Assembly: GCA_964016885.1 (NCBI GenBank)
Contig: OZ024746.1
Location: 61,256,001 to 61,320,000, forward strand
Direction: 5' to 3'
Length of the DNA: 64,000 nt
DNA from: Eledone cirrhosa
Lineage: Eukaryota
Part shown: positions 39,780-51,940 of the stretch, one piece after another
Position numbering within the stretch: position 1 is the stretch's first letter
Layout: the number at the start of each line of letters is the position of its first letter
Program-made: the position numbers and the translations under genes
Notes under the pieces: model-generated
What the model was told of the DNA's origin: nothing
Seen by the model: the letters and a program-made list of their open reading frames with translations, nothing else
The model's database searches: none

Positions 39780-40667
39780 CAGCTTCTGCTACCTAGGTGA
39801 CCGAATTAGCAACGGAGGTGGGTGTTCAGAAAGTGCAATAACTAGGGTAAGAACGGGATGGAAGAAGTTTAGGGAACTACTACCACTGCTAGCTGCAAAA
39901 GGCTTCTCCCTCAGAATGAAAGGCAGACTGTATGATGCGTGTATCCGAACAGCGATGTTGCATGGTAGCGAGACCTGGGCGCTGAAGGTGGAAGACTTAC
40001 GTAGATTAGAGAGAAACGAAGCCTGCATGCTCCGATGGATGTGTAACAATAATATACGTGAACGACAAAGCATAAATGAATTGAGAGAGAGACTGAGCAT
40101 AAGAGGAATCAAATGCTGTGTGCAGGAGAGGCGGTTGCGCTGGTATGGACATGTGATGCGTATGAAGGATGACAGCTGCATAAAAAGGTGCAGAGCACTA
40201 GAGGTTGATGGAAACCGCGGAGTGGGGAGACCCAAGATGACCTGGATGAGGTGATAAAAGCCGACCTTACCCAATTACACCTCTCAAAGGCAATGACACA
40301 CGACCGTGACTTCTGGCGTCACGCAGTAATACAGGGTACCCGACCTCCCATGGGTACAAGCTGAAGCATATAAACAATATTCCCCCACACCCCCCACTGC
40401 AAGGTGGTCGTGGAGGTGCCACGGCAAAAAAGCACCCAGCTCACACTGTAAAGTGGACGTGTAGGCGCCACGAAAAAGCACCCAGCACTCACTGTAAATG
40501 AGGTTGGTGTTAGGAAGGGCATCCAGCTGTAGAAATCAAGCCAAATCAGTTCCTGTATGAGCAAGGCATGGTCAGCCGAACAGACACTGCCCACAACAGG
40601 ACAACCCGTCTAACCCATGCTAGCGTGGAAGAACGGACGTAAAACGGTGATGATGATGATGATGATG
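39780..40667 (+). mobile_element. 5'-truncated RTE LINE 3' part with tail shared with SINE B, nested in an older RTE copy (about 39235-40960)
   Basis: FCYLGD..RTGWKKFRELLPLL..MLHGSETW..RLRWYGHV..GRPKMTW; ends (GAT)n. Confidence 0.88.
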
Positions 40668-41054
40668 AGTGTGCATGAATGACAGAATACAAGTGAACTG
40701 CAGAAAAAGCTGAGTATATAAGAAGAATTGAATGTAGCAAGCAAGACAGATGATTGCATTGGTATTATCATGTGATGTGTAATGATAGCAAGAATTGTAT
40801 AAACAAATGCAAAGGTCTTGAGATGAATGGAATTATAGAAAGAGACTAAGGGAGATTTGGGACAAATTTGTGAAGAATGAACTCAAGATACCGAACCTGA
40901 TGAAGTATATGACACAGGACTGGGCTGACTGATATGTCATAATACAAAATTGACTTAAAAGATATGATTTTCTACCAGTACCCTAGAACTAGAAATATTG
41001 TATGGTTCACACCCTCCTTCTTCCTAAATGTTAAAACAAATGTGGAAAAGAAAT

Positions 41055-41105
<51 letters not shown>

Positions 41106-41106
41106 T

Positions 41107-41435
41107 TACGGTAAACATTGATGCAATTCAATTCAAGCACTCAACAAACTTTTTCCATATAGGAATGATGGAGTATATTTAGAATAAGAAAATGCGAAGT
41201 AGTTTCAGATGTTTAAGTCCTTTATTGATAAGGCTGTAATACATATTTCAATGACGACTGACCATGCGATTCCGCGTTCCTCGGGGACGTAACCTTATTA
41301 TGTAAGAAGCTGTCTGATGAGATCATGGCACTGGGTACACGGAATCGCGTGGCCCCTGTCATCATTGAAATATGTATCACAGCCTTATCAATAAAGGACT
41401 TTAACATCTGAAACTACTTCGCATTTTCTTATTCT
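41107..41435 (+). mobile_element. Short PLE-type module: inverted 3' end + hammerhead + AATAAA, between (TA)n tracts
   Basis: 41180-41258 is the approximate reverse complement of 41358-41436; homologous inverted copy at 43904-44204. Confidence 0.75.
41309..41383 (+). ncRNA. Type I hammerhead ribozyme with long stem II
   Basis: GCTGT-CTGATGA(41314-20)-46-nt hairpin-GAAA(41367-70)-TATGTA-TC-ACAGC. Confidence 0.85.
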
Positions 41436-41591
41436 ATATATATATATATATGTTAACGTATGTTGTAGCTCTGGTTCGTCAGAATTATTGAGCGCTTGCC
41501 ACACATCTCGGAAGTTGTTTTTCGCTAATTCCAAAGCCGAAATACGATTCTCGCTAATTTATATTTGTATATATATATATATATATATATA

Positions 41592-42510
41592 TCATCATCA
41601 TCGTTTAACGTCCATCTTCCACACTAGCATGGGTTAGACGGTTTTGTTCCACTTGATGTGGGATTGGTCGAGAGATCGTATCTCGCTTGTACAGAACTGT
41701 CCCTGGCAAGTTTTCTACGGCTGGATGCCCTTCCTAACACCAACCACATTTACAGTGTAGACTGGGACCCTTTTTGCCGTGTCTCCTACACGACCACTTT
41801 ACACTGTGGACTGGGCACTTTTTGTCGTGTCACTACACGACCACTTTACAGTGGACAGGAGTGTGGGGTGAGGTGTATATTGGGTTAAGAGGTGCTTACT
41901 GACTGTAGGTTTAAGTTTGTTTGCAAAGGAAGGCAGGTCTTCTGTATAACTGCATAGCGCCAAAGATCTTGATCCAGTGACATTGTCTTAGAGAGGTGTA
42001 AGAGAGCAAGGTCAGTTTTTATCACCTCGTCCCAGGTATTTCTTGGTCTACCCACTCCGTAGCTTCCGTCAATTTTTATTGCTCTGCACTTTTTTATACA
42101 GTTGTTGTCCTTCATACGCATCATGTCCATACCAACGCAATCTCCTCTCCAGAACACAACATTTGATACCTCTTATGCTTAGTCTCTCTCTCAATTCGTT
42201 TATGCTTTAACAAAATACAAGATCATCATCATCATCCTTAACAGGTTTCCATAGGCAGGATGGGTCTTTTCTAGCACAGCATCCCTCCATTCACTGTATT
42301 CCATCATCATCTCCCCTATGAGTTTCAGTGATTTGAGATCAGCTCTCAACACCTCTTCTCAGGTCTCCCTTGGTCCTCCACTACTGCAGTTATCTTCCAC
42401 TTCATTACTCAACAATCATCCTCCATGTGCATCACATGTCCATATCAGCACAGCCTTCTCTCTTGCACACTACATCTGATTCCTCTTATACCCAGTTTTT
42501 CTCTTAGTTC
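41592..42510 (-). mobile_element. RTE LINE 3' fragments with tails
   Basis: MRMKDNNCIKKCRAI..GVGRPRNTWDEV homologous to 40140-40330; second older fragment at 42230-42510. Confidence 0.75.
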
Positions 42511-42772
42511 ATCCTATTATTTGGTTTTGAAAGCTTTTAGTAATTTAACCATTTTTGTTAGTTGCTCTATTTTTGAAAGAGTTAAAATAAGAAATTCAGA
42601 AAACAATACTGAGAGAGAAAAAGACTTTTATTATAAATGTGGAGTATCAAACGAAATGGATGTAAGATGAAAAGATGAAAACAACATGAAACTACTATGG
42701 AAAGAATGGGAAAATTGATGAATAAAAGGACTGAATTGAATGAAAATAATGAGAAGTAAAGAGCAAACTAAT

Positions 42773-42886
<114 letters not shown>

Positions 42887-43009
42887 CTAAAATATAATAA
42901 AATTTAAAAAATTAAGTAATGTCTGCAATATATAATATCTGCAATACAATATCAGCTCTCACCACACTTGCCCAGGTTTTCCAATATATAATATCTGCAA
43001 TACAATATC

Positions 43010-43340
43010 AGCTCTCACCATTCTTGCCCAGGTTTTCCTTGGTCTTCCTCTACTGCAGCATCCCTCCACTTGGAACTCCTGGCACTTCTTCACCCAATGA
43101 TCATCATCAACACATATCACATGTCCATACCAACACAATCTCGCTCTCTCTCTCTTACACACTATATTTGATTTCCTCTATATTCAGTTTCTCCCTCAGT
43201 TCATCTATGCTCTACCGTTCATGTACATTAACATCATACATGCATCAGAGAATGCTCCCTTCATTTCTCTATAGCCTTCACTTACCCTCTGCATTTACTG
43301 TCCATGTTTCACTTCTATGCAACATTGCTCATCACATATA
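43010..43340 (-). mobile_element. Decayed RTE 3' fragment in ZC4H2 intron 4
   Basis: RLCWYGHV..RGRPRKTW. Confidence 0.7.
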
Positions 43341-43689
43341 TCTTTGCTATCACTTTTTCTGTAACTTTCATAATCTAATCTAATTTTAATGCTGCTAACT
43401 GCTTCTCCTTAATATTATTGATTAAAATATTAGAGTTCAATTTTCTCTGCATTATCTATAATCTTACAACTTCCCAGTCGCTTCATACCACGAAACCGAG
43501 ATAAGCACCGGTCTGATGAGCCTCCTGGCTTATGACAGACTTTAGACTTAGGCAACTGCACAGTTAGATGAAACACACAACCACAAACTTCATAGCTATA
43601 CAGTCGTGCCTACAACCACTGATTGTGTAAAGTAAATTCTAGAGCTGGTTGTTTAGACAGAAATTTGTAGAAAACAATCAAAGTTTTAC

Positions 43690-43846
43690 CTTCATTGGTG
43701 GTGGCTGTTGACGGAAGGTCTGTCGTTCATTTTTATTTCGAGGAACTTGGATTTGTTGAGCAGCTGCAGCAGCTACAGCTAATGACTGAGGTAGGGACGA
43801 TTCAACACTTTCGGACTGCCACTCAATATTCTGTTTCTCAAAATAT
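43690..43846 (-). CDS. ZC4H2: ZC4H2 exon 4
   Basis: [34 protein letters not shown]; TTGCAG acceptor, GTAAAA donor; 157 nt. Confidence 0.96.
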
Positions 43847-43956
43847 CTGCAAGAAGACAACCATTTTTACTATTTAACACATGTATTTAATAATATATAT
43901 ATATAGAATAAGAAAATGTGAAGTAGTTTCAGATGTTAAAGTCCTTTATTGATAAG

Positions 43957-44031
43957 GCTGTGATACATATTTCAATGACGACAGTGACCACGTGATTCTG
44001 CGTACCCAGTGCCATGGTCTCATCAGACAGC
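43957..44031 (-). ncRNA. Type I hammerhead ribozyme in ZC4H2 intron 3, sense strand
   Basis: Minus: GCTGT-CTGATGA-GACCATGGCA...TGTCGTCATT-GAAA-TATGTA-TC-ACAGC. Confidence 0.8.
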
Positions 44032-44213
44032 GTCTTACATAAGGTTACGTTCCTGATTAAAACGACAAGGGAACGGACAACGATGATGTTCTTGAAGCTT
44101 TCGCCCATTCCCTTGAAACTACTTCGCATTTTCTTATTCTAAATATACTCCATCATTCCTGTGTGGAAAAAGTACATTGAGTACTTGATTTGAATTGTGT
44201 AAGTATATATATA

Positions 44214-44545
44214 TCATCATCATCATTTTACGTCCGCTTTTTCCCTGCTTGCAAGGGTGGGACGGGAACTGATTCTGGCTTGATTTCTACAGCTGGATGC
44301 CCTTCCTAACACCAACCTCATTTACAGTGAGTGCTGGGTGCTTTTTTGCCGTGGCACCTCCACGACCACTTTACAGTGGAATGATAGGGACCCCAGTCCC
44401 TATCATCTCATTTCTACAGCTGAGTAAACTGGAGCAATGTGAAATAAAGTGTCTTGCTCAAGGAAACAACACATCACCCGGTCTGAGAATTGAACTCACA
44501 ACCTTTCGATTGCAAGGCCAATGCTCTAACCACTAAGCCATGTGG
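44214..44545 (-). mobile_element. SINE family B
   Basis: Nearly identical to 38897-39230. Confidence 0.88.
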
Positions 44546-44765
44546 ATTATTATATGATTATTATCGTCCTTTTATGTCTGCTCTTCACTGCTAGGTTGGA
44601 CATGTGCTTTCATAATTTTTGGCAAGTTTTTTTTTGCTTAAATGCATATTAATTATGCCACCAACACCACAAAGGTTGTTTGACGGAACTTAAAGATCTG
44701 CTTTACTCGGTATCAGTTTTTATTCAGAACGACTGCTCTCCTAGATAAGTTACTTTCACTACATC

Positions 44766-45175
44766 TTATGGAGTTCATGTCTACCCCATGTAGTTTTATT
44801 TATTCAAAGTATCTACTCCGCTTGATGGACTGTCTTCACCATGGCTTATGGAGCAATCGTCTACCCCATGTAATCTTATTTATTCAAAGTACGTACCCTC
44901 CTAGATTGGTTGCCTTCTCCATGGCTTATGGAGCGATCATCTACCCCATGTAGTCTTGTTTATTCAAAGTACGTACCCTCCTAGATTAGTTGTCTTCTCC
45001 ATGGCTTATATTTTGAATAAATAAGATTACCTCATGTAATCTTATTTATTCAAAATACCTACCCTCCTAGATGGGTTGTCTTCACCGTGGTTTATGGAGC
45101 GATCGTCTACCCAATGCAGTCTTATTTATTCAAAGTACCTACCCCCCTACATGGGTTGTCTTCTCCATGGCTTAC
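44766..45175. repeat. 80-bp tandem repeat, about 5 diverged copies
   Basis: CTACCCCATG at 44781, 44861, 44941; variants at 45027, 45107. Confidence 0.9.
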
Positions 45176-45792
45176 AAAGTCCATGGAGACAATACATATT
45201 TCTCCAATAATGCTGTTACTCATCTAAATATATTTTTGTACAAGTCTTTTATCACTTTCTTATCATTTCATAATTACTTCAAGAATAATAAAATCTATTA
45301 GTTTACCAGATCTATGAAAGATAGATATGGTGGCTTACACTCAGCTAAGAACTTCTCTTGTAGTTGTCTCACTAAGAAGTGGCGGTTCTGTGGTGCTCCT
45401 TCCTGGCACAAAACTACTCAGCTAAGAACTTCTCTGTTGTATTTGTCTGACTAAGAAGAGGGCCTTGATGGTGCTCTCTCTTGGTACAAAACCAAACTGC
45501 ATCTCTTATAATTTGATTATTTTCCTAATCAGTTGTGATAAAGTTATTTCTGCTACTGTCATAACCTGATACATCAGTTTAATGCTTTTATAGTTATTTC
45601 TTTCTAGAACATACATATTTTTTTGGTAACAGTTGTTAATGTCTAGATATCAATGATAGAGTTTTGTTTCGGTGTTCATAACCAGTCACTTCTTTAACAG
45701 ATGAAAATAACAAAAATCTTACATACATATAAAAAAGTAAAATTAAGTTATTAATCTTAAATTATAACAATTGTTAAAAAGGCAAAGCTTAC

Positions 45793-45965
45793 TCAGGAGT
45801 GAGTTTTTCTTCTTCATCCTGCAGCTCTGGTAACTTTTCTAGCCCAACTGACATTCTTAAATTATCTACTTCATCTTTAAGAGGTGTGTATTCTTCATAT
45901 AGTCTCTTTGTAGAATCCAGGGCCTTATTTCGCTCATCTTCAGCTTGTTTAATTGTTGTTTCCAT
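45793..45965 (-). CDS. ZC4H2: ZC4H2 exon 3
   Basis: [37 protein letters not shown]; TTGCAG / GTAAGC; 173 nt. Confidence 0.96.
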
Positions 45966-46698
45966 CTGCAAGTAAAACCCATAAAATAAAATGTCTTTTT
46001 TTTTTTAATTTCTGAAGTAACAGGCTAATTTTTATCTTTTCACCTCAATCCTTTTATTTCAGTTTCAGTGTAGTGGATAAAAGATAATAAATATAGTGAG
46101 GAATATATTTTGTGATATTCAGTATACATAATCGAGACCATCAAGAAGGGCAAAAATAGATGTGCTGGCCACGTTTCTTGTCTTAGAGACTATAGGTTAA
46201 CTATTAGAACAGAGTAAACACCGAGACAATAGAAAAAAACTAGAGGGAGGGAGTGGGGTAAAGGCAAGATGGCATGAAGATCTGACCCAATATATTGGCC
46301 ACACATGGCCCAGTATGGCCAGAGATAGGAAGTGGTGGAGGTCAACCTGAGAGGGGTTCCTTCAACAAGAGTGAAAAGGATTTGGGTTTGGTATTTAGCT
46401 TACAGATAATTATAAATATTTTAAAAATATTTGTACTTCATTCTTTAGTCAATAAATGAAACAAAGTTAACAATGAGAAACATAGAGTTGAACAGATTTT
46501 ATGGGCAAAACCAACTGGCAGGAGACCTAGGGATTGGCCAAGTGTTAGATGAGCATGGCTGGTCTTGCTTGGGGATCCAGCCAGATCAATTGGAGACGTT
46601 TTGCTTCTGATGGGACCTGCTGGAAGGAGTGTTTGAGAACTCTGCCCCCATGACCCTAACAGGAATAAATGAGCAAAGAAGAAGAATTATTTACAAAC

Positions 46699-46870
46699 CA
46701 AGTTAATATCTGCATGAATAAGACGTAATTCTTCAACATGTGCCATCTTTTCCTGAAGTAGTAATTCCATCTCTTGCTTATATTCTTCAAGACATTGTTC
46801 TTCACACTCTGTAATATCAAACTCCTGTTTCAGACGGCCTTTGATTTTCTCAAGATGAATACTTCTGCTT
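46699..46870 (-). CDS. ZC4H2: ZC4H2 exon 2
   Basis: [46 protein letters not shown]; TTTCAG / GTTTGT; 172 nt. Confidence 0.96.
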
Positions 46871-47253
46871 CTGAAAGTAAATACCAAATATATGTTTAAA
46901 ACGATTGATTAAGTTACTACAAAAAGTAAAACTTTTTGCATAACATGAAAAAAATGAACTCAGTATTTAAAGTGATTCTACATAATACACGAACCCAGTA
47001 CACTTTGTAAAGTGGTTGGTGATAGGAATGGCATCAAAGTTTGCCAAACAAAGGGTAAGAAGGACTCTCATGATGCCAATTGTGGCACTTGGTGGCGAAT
47101 TGATGATCACTTTTGTTTTTGCTTCCTTTTTTCTCTTTTATGCGTTTATATTTGTGCTTATCAAGACATTATATTTATAATGTTCTTCTGAACGAATTGA
47201 GAGCAATTTATAATATTATTTATGTATATATTTAAAACATGTTCGTAATGTTA

Positions 47254-47700
47254 TCAATACTTTCTGCCAGTTGCAGACTGCACATTGACATGTGATATCT
47301 CTCTCCACAAAGTTTGATCACCAGTAGCAGAGTTCAAAGAGCAAAGATCAAGTCCAGTCCATAAGTTGACATTATCAAGCCATCGTTTTGGTTGCCGGCC
47401 TCTGCTTCTCTTACCAGCCAACTTTCCTTCCAGGCAGAACCTACTCACACAACAAGTTGATCTTTTTATATGACTATATAGTTTGAGTACTTTTGACTTG
47501 ACAATTGATGTAATTGGTCTAAGTTTGGTAATGTTGAGCAGCTCACTGATACAGATATGGTCGCTGAGCTGCTTGCCAGTCATAAGTCTCATGATGTGGT
47601 TCTGGAATGTAGAGCTTCTGAAATGACCTTGTCGTTCAATTAACACAGTCAAGAGCATATAACACAACTGGTAGGATGTAAGTATCAAAGATCTTAGTCT
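47254..47700 (-). mobile_element. Decayed RTE-like LINE 3' fragment
   Basis: LKLYSHIKR..LEGKLAGKRSRGRQPKRWLDNV. Confidence 0.7.
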
Positions 47701-49139
47701 TCAAATGATAGGAAACTCAATATGCCTTGAGCCAGCATGGAAGAGTAGGCTCATAAAACTAACATGAAAAAGTCACCTCAAAGATTTGTTGTACAGAAGA
47801 GGCCACCTCTGGACCCTCGAAGAGTGAACAGGAGGGCACAGCAGCAGCCCCAGACTGTTGTGACAGCTATGACTAGGGGATCACACCAGCAACCTCGGAC
47901 TGGTTTGATTTATACGAATAGAACACCCAGGCAAAAGAAAAGACCCTTAATATCTGCACATACACACACGTACCATCAATATTTCACATAATAATATAAA
48001 ATCAAAACAAAAGAAAATACTAATTCAACACTAAGTAATGTGTGTCAATTGATCACAAACAAGGGGTGCCAGAGCCTCCTAATAGTTTTTGAGGCAAGCT
48101 AACACACTAGCAGCATTATAGTGGGTGATAGCGAGGCTAAGGCACAGGATCAACCAAGCACCCTCAAGACTAATATGCCATACTGGTAAGAAGATGCATA
48201 ATATATTTTTTTTTAATGAAGTCTAGTACATTTACTGATACTTATTTTATCAACCTTAAATTTGAACTTAGAATAACGAAGAAAAGACACAGGTTTAGAG
48301 CTCTACAATTAACTCCGTTGCACAGAATAATTTCTTACACAGGAATAAAGCTTTGAATGCGCCGAGAAGGGGATTGTGATTTCATGTTTTAGACTGATTC
48401 AAAGGTATTTTTACTATTGTTGTTGTTTAGCTCAGGGTCAGTCAAAGATGTTCCAGCCGGTACTATCCAGTCTTTCTATATATTCATGACTACACTATCT
48501 TGAGTTACCTCCCTTTGAACTTTGATATTATTTATTGATTGTATTGTATATTTAAATGAAATATTCAGTGCTTGTCTGCATTGCAATGACCGACAAATAA
48601 GCAAAGCCACGCTCAGTGGTTATTATCAGGCTTGTCAACATTCACGCATTATGCGAAAAATTCCAGATTTTGCTTTCTCATCACGCAATTTTAGTTCTCC
48701 CACATTTACGATATATTGTGTTTCGCTCCACAATTTTTGATAGGGACGATATTCTAGCTTATTCTGAAAGTTTTTAAAAAGGTCTTACTGACGTTGGTTT
48801 AAAAAGGATCCCCCCCCCCCCCAACACACACTTTTACCCATTGTATTATCCATCCAAAGACCGAAGTCGAATAGATAATTTCCGACGCTATTATAAAGGA
48901 ATATCACCATTTATTATGTTAAAATCGGTTAATGTAATTCATACATAAATTCACAATGAATTTCTAGATTATCAAATACTGCCAGATATCAATTTTCCAC
49001 AATATTTAGGATGAAACTTTAGTTTCTGAATGTGCAGATGATGCAAATGTAGCAACCGGTCCATCAGGTATAGCTGCTGAGATGCTGAAGGCATCTGGGT
49101 CGGTAGGTCACACTATAACCACACATATTGTTTCCGAAA

Positions 49140-49425
49140 ACAGCACAGTTCCGATGACTTTCGGAAACATTTTTTCACGCTCAGAGTTGCTGAAGCATGG
49201 AACAAACTACCTGCATCAGTTGTTAGCTGTCGAGACACTGCATCCTTTAAAACCTCCATGCTTCCCGAGATTCGCCAACACTACACCTAATGTTCCCCCT
49301 CCATACTCATACACACATGTATATCATGACTCATACACTATTCACATATTATTCTATGTACTATACATGCACCTTTGACGAGTTGTAGTGCACCTGAGCA
49401 CTTTACACAATAATTTCATTATTAA
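49140..49425 (+). mobile_element. CR1-like LINE 3' end fragment
   Basis: FFTLRVAEAWNKLPASVVSCRDTASFK resembles the CR1 ORF2 C-terminus (FFxxRVxxxWNxLP). Confidence 0.65.
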
Positions 49426-49771
49426 ATACGAATAATTGTGATTCAAAATATTATAAAATTGATATTCTATGGGATTATTTATTTATGTATATATATATCA
49501 TCCTCATCATCACCGTTTTACGTCCGTTCTTCCACGCTAGCATGGGTTAGACGGGTTGTCCTGTTGTGGGCAGTGTCCGGTCGGCTGACCTTGTCTTGCT
49601 CATACGGGAACTGATTCTGGCTTGATTTCTACAGCTGGATGCCCTTCCTAACACCAACCTCATTTACAGTGAGTGCTGGGTACTTTTTTCCCTTGGCGCC
49701 TACATGTCCACTTTACAGTGTGGGCTAGGTGCTTTTTTGCCGTGGAATGATAGGGACCCCATTCCTATCAT

Positions 49772-50567
49772 CTCATTTCGGAGATGATGCGGCTACCTGG
49801 CAAAATCCACTGCTGAATAATGAGGACGAGAGTCTCACGGCTTCGATCTGGGACTTCTACAAGGCAGCAGCGTCCAGAATGGCGTTCAACAGCGCCGAAA
49901 ACCCAGTGGCCTTGTCTCCACTGGCCACGATGATACTTTCTATGGAAGTATTTCGATTCGCCGATCTCTACAATGATCGACTCACCATTGTCATCGAAGC
50001 CTCCAAGTTCTTGAGGATTTGCCTCCAAATACTGCTCACAAATTTCTCAATAAATGGCACCAGTCTATAACTGTCCGTGCGGAGACTCCCGTTTCTCTAA
50101 TGATCTGAACTTGTGCCTGATCATAGCACCACATGTATAAAATACCAATAATTGTTTCTACTTTTAGGCACAAGGCCAGCAATTACCCAGTGCATTACTG
50201 GTACTTTATTTTATCGACCCCGTAAGGATGAAAGGCAAAGTCAACCTCGGCGGGATTACCAATAATGTGATCCAGTCGCACATGGCTTCGTTCGAAAAAA
50301 AGAATTCCGTCGCACCGACTGACTGAATTTGTCGCGGTTGCATCGCCATCTCCATTTATCGACACCCTCAGAATATCGTTGCAATCGGCACGCCTCATTA
50401 CAAACAGGATAATTGACACTATTTGCAAACAAACGCCGTCTCGCCAACACAGTGTCACCGTGTATCGCAGGTATTAGTGTATATATTGTTTCATTATGAT
50501 TAAGGATATCATTTGTATCGAAAATATCACCAGGTAAGGTACTGCGACCATATACTCGTCCAGACAC
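49772..50567 (-). pseudogene. Merlin (IS1016/ISXO2-like) DDE transposase remnant, split by a SINE A piece at about 50147-50256 and cut by SINE B sequence
   Basis: VEIGESKYFHRKYHRG..WVFGAVER..VEVPDR..LPGSRIIS; N-terminal WRC..SVRRNSFF. Confidence 0.85.
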
Positions 50568-50849
50568 ATTTGATATGAGATTGTAGTAAAATCGTGCCCT
50601 CTGCTGTTTTGTTTTAAAAACAGACTATTCTCTGCCCTTCTGACCCCAATCTGTTCTCATTCTCTGCCCTTCTAATTAAACTAAGATTTGATTGTTTTAT
50701 ATTTTGTATATAGACTTAAACATTTTATTACTTGTATAAATTTACAGTAGAATAACGTTGCAAATATGTTTTAAATATATACATAAATAACATAACAAAA
50801 ATTGCTCGGAATTCGTTCAGAAGGACAAATATGTCTAAACCGTGTATAA

Positions 50850-51037
50850 TAACTGTTTCTACTTTAGGCACAAGGCCAGCAATTACTCAGTGCATTACTG
50901 GTAGTTTATTTTATTGGCTCCATAAGGATGAAAGGCAAAGTCAACCTCGGCGGGATTTGAACTCAGATCGTAAAGGGACGTAACTATGCTGGAAAGCATG
51001 GCGTCCGACCCTCTACCGATACTGCCAATCCACCGCC
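50850..51037 (-). mobile_element. SINE family A
   Basis: Full-length copy inserted in the CRE-like 3' UTR. Confidence 0.88.
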
Positions 51038-51139
51038 AATATAAATTCATGAACAAAAATGATAAAAGAAATAAAAAAAGGGGGGGGGGGGGGCAATTCA
51101 CCACCAAGTGTGACAATCTGCAACACCTCACACCTTGGG

Positions 51140-51605
51140 GGTTAACTTCACACTTTCAGGCAAGCCAACACGCTCACAGCATTACCACGGGTGATGGCGA
51201 GACTAAGGCGCTGAAATAACCAGGTACCCTCACCTGACACCTCAGGAGGTGAGCCGCCAGTGATGACAAGAACTTCGCTGTCAGCGGCCCAACTCCATCA
51301 AACGTCTCGAACGCCACAGGCTGGAAAAAATAATTGTTTGATAAGTCCTAGTATTTCCAAATTTTATTCCGTTCGGCAGCGGAAGCAGTGACCCCAACAT
51401 TCACCGCGGCGTCCATGATGTGGGAGGGGGCAAAATGTGACGTCCCAGATGAGACACCAGCCTCTCACCCAGGGACAAAGGATAAGACCATCTGGTCTCT
51501 TCCCATCACTTCTGGATAAACCAGCGGGCTCCAGAACTGTGGGGATATTAACCCGAGCCAGGGCCCGTTTGATGATCCGGTTTAGCTCGGTGTTTATCAA
51601 CATTA
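51140..51605 (-). pseudogene. CRE-like non-LTR element, restriction-like endonuclease remnant
   Basis: [24 protein letters not shown]; PVAFETF; RLSLAITRGNA; related fragments at about 47070-47250 and 48000-48170. Confidence 0.8.
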
Positions 51606-51629
51606 AATTTGTTGTTATTCTGAAAGAAT

Positions 51630-51817
51630 TGTGAGCAATTTGTAATGTTATTTATTTATATATATATATATATAAATAACATTACAAATTGCTCTCACTC
51701 ACACACACATATATATATATGCGGTTATATTTAATTTAAATTTTTATATATATATATATTTTTTTTTTACAATTGACGAAGTATTCTTATATGTATATAT
51801 AATTTAATTTTTATTAA

Positions 51818-51883
<66 letters not shown>

Positions 51884-51940
51884 TTAATAAAAATTAAATT
51901 ATATATACATATAAGAATACTTCGGCAATTGTAAAAAAAA
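51630..51940. repeat. Two palindromes centred on (TA)n
   Basis: GAGCAATTTGTAATGTTATTTA/(TA)n/TAAATAACATTACAAATTGCTC and 51761-51940 with (CA)n(TA)n(TG)n centre. Confidence 0.9.

Noticed and set aside
43490-43550. GAAACC...CCGGTCTGATGAG as a permuted hammerhead (also about 26192-26245)
   Set aside because: No stem I between the UH site and CUGAUGA; it is a SINE tail
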